Assembly (NCBI RefSeq): GCF_028368995.1
Contig: NZ_JAQNDL010000001.1
Coordinates: 416,001-480,000 of the forward strand
Source: Nannocystis bainbridge
Lineage (GTDB): Bacteria > Myxococcota_A > Polyangia > Nannocystales > Nannocystaceae
DNA: 64,000 nucleotides
Direction: 5' to 3'
In this document: positions 60,060 to 64,000 of the stretch, piece by piece
Numbering within the stretch: position 1 is the stretch's first letter
How the letters are laid out: every line of letters begins with the position of its first letter
Position numbers and translations under genes: made by a program
Notes under the pieces: model-generated
What the model was told of the DNA's origin: nothing
Database searches by the model: none
The model's input: the letters and a program-made list of their open reading frames with translations, nothing else

Positions 60060-60623
60060 CTAGCGCTCCGCGACGGTCGGCGTGATGACCAGCCGATCGA
60101 GGCTCCCCGCGATCGTCTCGATCGGCAGCGGCTCCGGCTGGCGCAACCACCAGCCGATGATCTCGATCGTCGCCGAGGTCGCGAACGTGACCCGCAGATC
60201 GATCGGGCTGTCGCCCGTCGCCGGCGCCCCGAAATCCGCCGCCAGGGCGCGCGCCTGGCCCACGAACTGCTCGCGCAGCCGCGGCGCCGCCCCGCCCGTC
60301 AGCAGCGCCCGCCACAGCGCCCGCCGCCGCGACACGAACTCGAACAGCGCGACGCAGGCGCGGCCCGTGTTCTCGGCCGAAAACAGCGGCATCGCGGCCC
60401 CCAGCAGCCCGGCGATCTCGTCGGCCGCGAGGTCGTCGAGCAGCGCCTCCTTGTCCGGGTAGTGGCGGAAGAAGGTCGCGTAGCCGACCCCCGCCTCGGC
60501 CGCCAGCGCGCGCACCGTGATGGCCTCGAACGGCTCGCGTTCGAGCAGCGCGAGCATCGCGCGCAGCAGCTTGGCGCGGGTGCGCACCTGCCGGGCATCG
60601 GTTGCTGAGGCGTCGGAGACCAT
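60060..60623 (-). CDS. TetR/AcrR family regulator
   Basis: ITVRALAAEAGVGYATFFRHYPDKEALL helix-turn-helix. Confidence 0.93.
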   Translation of the reverse strand: MVSDASATDARQVRTRAKLLRAMLALLEREPFEAITVRALAAEAGVGYATFFRHYPDKEALLDDLAADEIAGLLGAAMPLFSAENTGRACVALFEFVSRRRALWRALLTGGAAPRLREQFVGQARALAADFGAPATGDSPIDLRVTFATSATIEIIGWWLRQPEPLPIETIAGSLDRLVITPTVAER

Positions 60624-60646
60624 TTATGATACAGTGTGTCTCATAA
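60624..60646. promoter_or_regulatory. Probable TetR operator (imperfect palindrome)
   Basis: ttatgatacagtgtgtctcataa, an AT-rich dyad in the 47-bp gap between divergent tetR and P450 genes. Confidence 0.75.
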
Positions 60647-60670
60647 CCCGAGACGGGGAGCTGGCTGGCG

Positions 60671-61846
60671 ATGAGCGTGGATTCTGCTGCGAAATGTCCC
60701 TTCAATTCCACCCGCAACGACAGCAAGAGCGCGGCCGTCGTCACCCGGCGGATGAAGATCGAGAGCGGCGCCGAGCATATCCGCGCCTTTGAGCGGGCGC
60801 GCGAGGTCCTGCTCGACCGCGACCTGCTGCAGGGCGGCGCCGGCGCGGAGTTCGTCGACACCAGCGACCCGGACAAGGCCCCGGTGTTCTTCCTCGACGG
60901 CGCGCCGCACCGGGACAAGCGCACCAGCATCGCCCGCTTCTTCACGCCCAAGGCGATCACCAGCCGCTACCACGCGATCATCGAGCGCGAGACGGCGCGG
61001 CTGCTCGGGCAGCTCCGGCGCGACGGCCGGGCCCAGCTCGACGTCATCAGCTTCGAGCTCACGGTCGCGGTCGCGGCCAACATCGTCGGGCTCACCGACA
61101 GCGACATGCCGAAGATGGCGCGCCGGCTCTCGATGATGCTGTCCGCCGGCTGGCACCACCGCATCAACCTGCTCGGCAGGGTCGCCGCCGGCCTGCGCAA
61201 GGGCCGGGCCATGCTCGGCTTCTACGTCCACGACATCACCCCTGCCCTGCGGTCCCGTCGCAAGGCGCCAAAGGACGACCTCCTCTCCGAGCTGCTGGCC
61301 CGGGGCGCCACGCAGCGGGCCATCCTCACCGAGTGCATGACCTACGCCGCCGCCGGCATGGTGACCACGCGCGAGTTCATCGTCATGTGCGCCTGGCACC
61401 TGTTCGATCGGCCGGAGCTGCGCGCCGACTTCCTCGCCGGCGACGAGGCGCGTCAGTTCGCCATCCTCAACGAGATCCTCCGCCTCGAGCCGATCGCCTC
61501 GCTGCTCTACCGCCGCGACGGCGACGCCGCCGGCGCGGACAGGCACAAGTATGCGCTCGACCTGCGGGCGATCCACGAGGACGAGGCCGCCGTTGGCCCA
61601 TGCCCGCGCACCCTCGATCCCGACCGGGCCCAGCGCATGAAGACCAACGGCGCCTACCTCAGCTTCGGCGCCGGCGCCCACCACTGCCCCGGCAAGCAGG
61701 TCGCGCTCCACGAGACCCGCATGTTCCTCGACGCCCTGCTGCGCGTCCCCGGCGTCCGCCTCGCCCGCGCCCCGGACGTCGGCTGGTCAGAGATGCTGCT
61801 CAGCTACGAGCTGCGCGACGCGGTCGTGACCTGCGACCCGGCGTGA
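60671..61846 (+). CDS. Cytochrome P450
   Basis: FFLDGAPH..R, AAAGMVTT (I helix), EILR (ExxR), FGAGAHHCPG (heme Cys). Confidence 0.93.
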   Translation: MSVDSAAKCPFNSTRNDSKSAAVVTRRMKIESGAEHIRAFERAREVLLDRDLLQGGAGAEFVDTSDPDKAPVFFLDGAPHRDKRTSIARFFTPKAITSRYHAIIERETARLLGQLRRDGRAQLDVISFELTVAVAANIVGLTDSDMPKMARRLSMMLSAGWHHRINLLGRVAAGLRKGRAMLGFYVHDITPALRSRRKAPKDDLLSELLARGATQRAILTECMTYAAAGMVTTREFIVMCAWHLFDRPELRADFLAGDEARQFAILNEILRLEPIASLLYRRDGDAAGADRHKYALDLRAIHEDEAAVGPCPRTLDPDRAQRMKTNGAYLSFGAGAHHCPGKQVALHETRMFLDALLRVPGVRLARAPDVGWSEMLLSYELRDAVVTCDPA

Positions 61847-61854
61847 GCCGGGCG

Positions 61855-62029
61855 TGTCATGTCCCCCGGGACATGTCGATCGCGCATCATCCTTCGGAGA
61901 GCGACTCGCGTGTCTCGGGCTTTACATGTCCCTCGGGACATGTCGAGGACGACGTCCTTCGAAATTCGACCCTCGCTACCCGAAATTAACCAGTCTCTCG
62001 AGACATGGCCTGTCGCTTCGGACAGGTCG
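61855..62029. repeat. GGACATGTCC-like pairs, 14-bp period, between convergent genes
   Basis: Cores at 61858/61872, 61925/61939 and 62009/62023. Confidence 0.8.
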
Positions 62030-62041
62030 GTCCGCGCCCCC

Positions 62042-63082
62042 TCAATAGAGATTCTTCTCGTAGTCGTGGGCGAGCGCCGCGTTCATCACCCACGGCGACG
62101 CCAGCTTGCGCAGCAGCTTCGCCGCCAGCCCGCGCTCCTTGTTGCGCTTGACGTGCTCGACGAACACCCGGCTCATCTCGGGCAGCGCCGCCCGGTCCGC
62201 GTGGCGCGAGCGGTCCCACAGCCCCGACGCCACGATCGCTGGGCTCTCGGCCAGGCGGACCGCCGTCACCGCGAGCACCAGCGCCAGCTTCGGCGTCTTG
62301 CCGGCGACGCGCATGCTCGTCAGCAGCGGTGGATCGGCGGTGAGCCAGGCCGACCCGCTCGCCTCGAGCACGCGGCCGTCGCCCGGCACCAATGCCAGCA
62401 AGGCCACCCGCGACTGCTCGATCACGTTGTGAAACGTATCGGTGCGGCGATTGCCCGGGCGCTCGGGGACCGCCAGGCCGCTGTCGCCGACGATCCGGAG
62501 AAAGCCCGCGGGGTCGCCCTTGGGGCTCACGTCGGCCGCCCCAGCGGCGTCCCACGAGCTCAGCGTCACCAGCGGTGCGCGGGCCAGGAACGCCAGCACC
62601 TCCGCGTCCGCCAGCGGCCCGCGCTGCGCCTCGCCGAGCGGGCCGCCATCGTCGCCCGCCGCGGCCTCGCCCCACAGCGACGAGCGCAGCAGCGCCTTGG
62701 CGCAATGGGCGAACGCCTCCTCGACCTCCAGCAGCAGCGCGTCTCCGTCGCGCCGGCCGACCCCGTTGACCCGCAAGGTCTCGCCGAGGCCGGGGATGAG
62801 CAGCAGCAGCCCGCAGCCGACCTGCGAGCTCGGCGCGATCGGCTCGTGCAGCGGCAGACGCAGCCGCCCGGCGTCCAGCACCTCGACGAAGCCCGCAGGT
62901 CCGCCGAGCGCCGTCGTGCGCGGCCGGCCCTCGTCGTCGACGAAGCCGACGACCACGAAGGTGCACGCGGCGATCAGCCGCACGCAGTTGTCGTCGAGCG
63001 CGTCGATCGACTTCATCAGCGAACCGAGCGGACGCGAACCGACGACGCGCTCGAGGCCTTCGACCGAGGTGATCCGCTCCAT
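62042..63082 (-). CDS. Tandem pyridoxamine 5'-phosphate oxidase-like FMN-binding protein
   Basis: GGPAGFVEV..LIPGLGETLRVNG..EEAFAHCAKALLRS; second copy DVSPKGDPAGF..PERPGNRRTD. Confidence 0.87.
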   Translation of the reverse strand: MERITSVEGLERVVGSRPLGSLMKSIDALDDNCVRLIAACTFVVVGFVDDEGRPRTTALGGPAGFVEVLDAGRLRLPLHEPIAPSSQVGCGLLLLIPGLGETLRVNGVGRRDGDALLLEVEEAFAHCAKALLRSSLWGEAAAGDDGGPLGEAQRGPLADAEVLAFLARAPLVTLSSWDAAGAADVSPKGDPAGFLRIVGDSGLAVPERPGNRRTDTFHNVIEQSRVALLALVPGDGRVLEASGSAWLTADPPLLTSMRVAGKTPKLALVLAVTAVRLAESPAIVASGLWDRSRHADRAALPEMSRVFVEHVKRNKERGLAAKLLRKLASPWVMNAALAHDYEKNLY

Positions 63083-63196
63083 GCACCCCCGAGTGTGCGC
63101 CGGGCGAGCGCGCCGAGCAACGCGCGCTCGCCCGCGCGTCGAGCCGCATGGGCCTCGACGGCCTCAGCGACGCCGCCCAGTCCTGGGCTCGCGCGG

Positions 63197-64000
63197 TCAT
63201 GGGCCGCGATGAAACGGGTTGGCGCGTCCCGAGGTATCGCTGTCGGCCTGCCAGCGCGGCGTCCACCGGACGATGCACCGCGCCGCGTGTTCGCCGGGGA
63301 ACAGCGCCTCGAAGCGCTCGCGGTAGACGTACGCCTCCGCGGTGGCGGGCGTGGCGTACGGGAACCGCTCCGCGGCTCGCGCCAGCTCGCTCGGGGTCAC
63401 CACGCGCTCGGCGTGCGTCCGCAACGCGTCGACCCAGCCGTAGCCGACGCCGTCGGAGAACTGCTCCTTCTGTCGCCACAGCACCGACGCGGGGAGCAGC
63501 GGATCGGCCTCGTCGGCGAAAGCCTGGCGCAGCAGCCACTTCTCGACCCGCCCCTCGACGCCGGGGCTCGCGCTCCGCGGCTGCTTGAGCTCGGGCGACA
63601 GCGACATCGCCAGGTCGAGGAAGGAGAGGTCGAGGAACGGGACCCGCGCCTCCACCCCGTGCGCCATCGTGCTCTTGTCGGCGCGCAGGACGTCGCTGAG
63701 GTGGAGGTTGGCGACGCGCGCGATCGTCTCGCGGCGCAGCTCCTCCGGATCTTCGGCGTAATAGAAATAGAGATAGCCGCCGAAGATCTCGTCGGAGCCC
63801 TCGCCTGATAGCACGACCTTCACGCCCTGGTCGCGGATATAGCGGCTCAGGAAATACATCGGGATGCTGGCCCGAATCGTGGGGATGTCATACGATTCGA
63901 CGTGGCGGATGATGTCGTCGAGCGCGGCGATCCCATCCTCCACGCGGAACAACACCTCGTGGTGCGTGGTGCCGAGGAATTGGGCGACCTGCCGGGCCGC
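63197..64000 (-). CDS. asnB: Asparagine synthase B (glutamine-hydrolysing), C-terminal part
   Basis: ESYDIPTIRASIPMY, VLSGEGSDEIFGGYLYF, EARVPFLD, WRQKEQFSDGVGYGW; the 5' part lies beyond the window. Confidence 0.93.
   Translation of the reverse strand, partial: AARQVAQFLGTTHHEVLFRVEDGIAALDDIIRHVESYDIPTIRASIPMYFLSRYIRDQGVKVVLSGEGSDEIFGGYLYFYYAEDPEELRRETIARVANLHLSDVLRADKSTMAHGVEARVPFLDLSFLDLAMSLSPELKQPRSASPGVEGRVEKWLLRQAFADEADPLLPASVLWRQKEQFSDGVGYGWVDALRTHAERVVTPSELARAAERFPYATPATAEAYVYRERFEALFPGEHAARCIVRWTPRWQADSDTSGRANPFHRGP

Overview
Very GC-rich bacterial chromosome segment. The gene content points to a myxobacterium, possibly Nannocystis-like (inference): Thr/Gly-stalk Cys-rich lipoproteins, myxococcal Cys-rich repeats, a TIGR02996-type LRR protein, kinase/ECF-sigma pairs and orphan STAS proteins. 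I can support about 46 coding regions; most long ORFs in the track are GC-driven shadow frames. No rRNA, tRNA, CRISPR array or transposase was seen. Three things stand out. (1) A translationally coupled operon encodes a biliverdin-type heme oxygenase, a stand-alone CarH-type B12 photoreceptor domain and a tandem phycobiliprotein-like globin, divergent from two hybrid histidine kinases and with no phytochrome: a candidate split B12+bilin light-sensing system. (2) At least ten dispersed arrays of the palindromic decamer GGACATGTCC repeat at a 14-bp period, one of them inside a coding sequence. (3) Two divergent Ku-like genes lie upstream of an ATP-dependent DNA ligase, a candidate non-canonical end-joining module. 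Also present: an orphan PrnC-like halogenase, a pseudokinase, a deleted serpin, an ABC-F gene with an RBS-sequestering hairpin, and a KaiC-like ATPase coupled to a kinase. All calls come from motif reading, not database searches.
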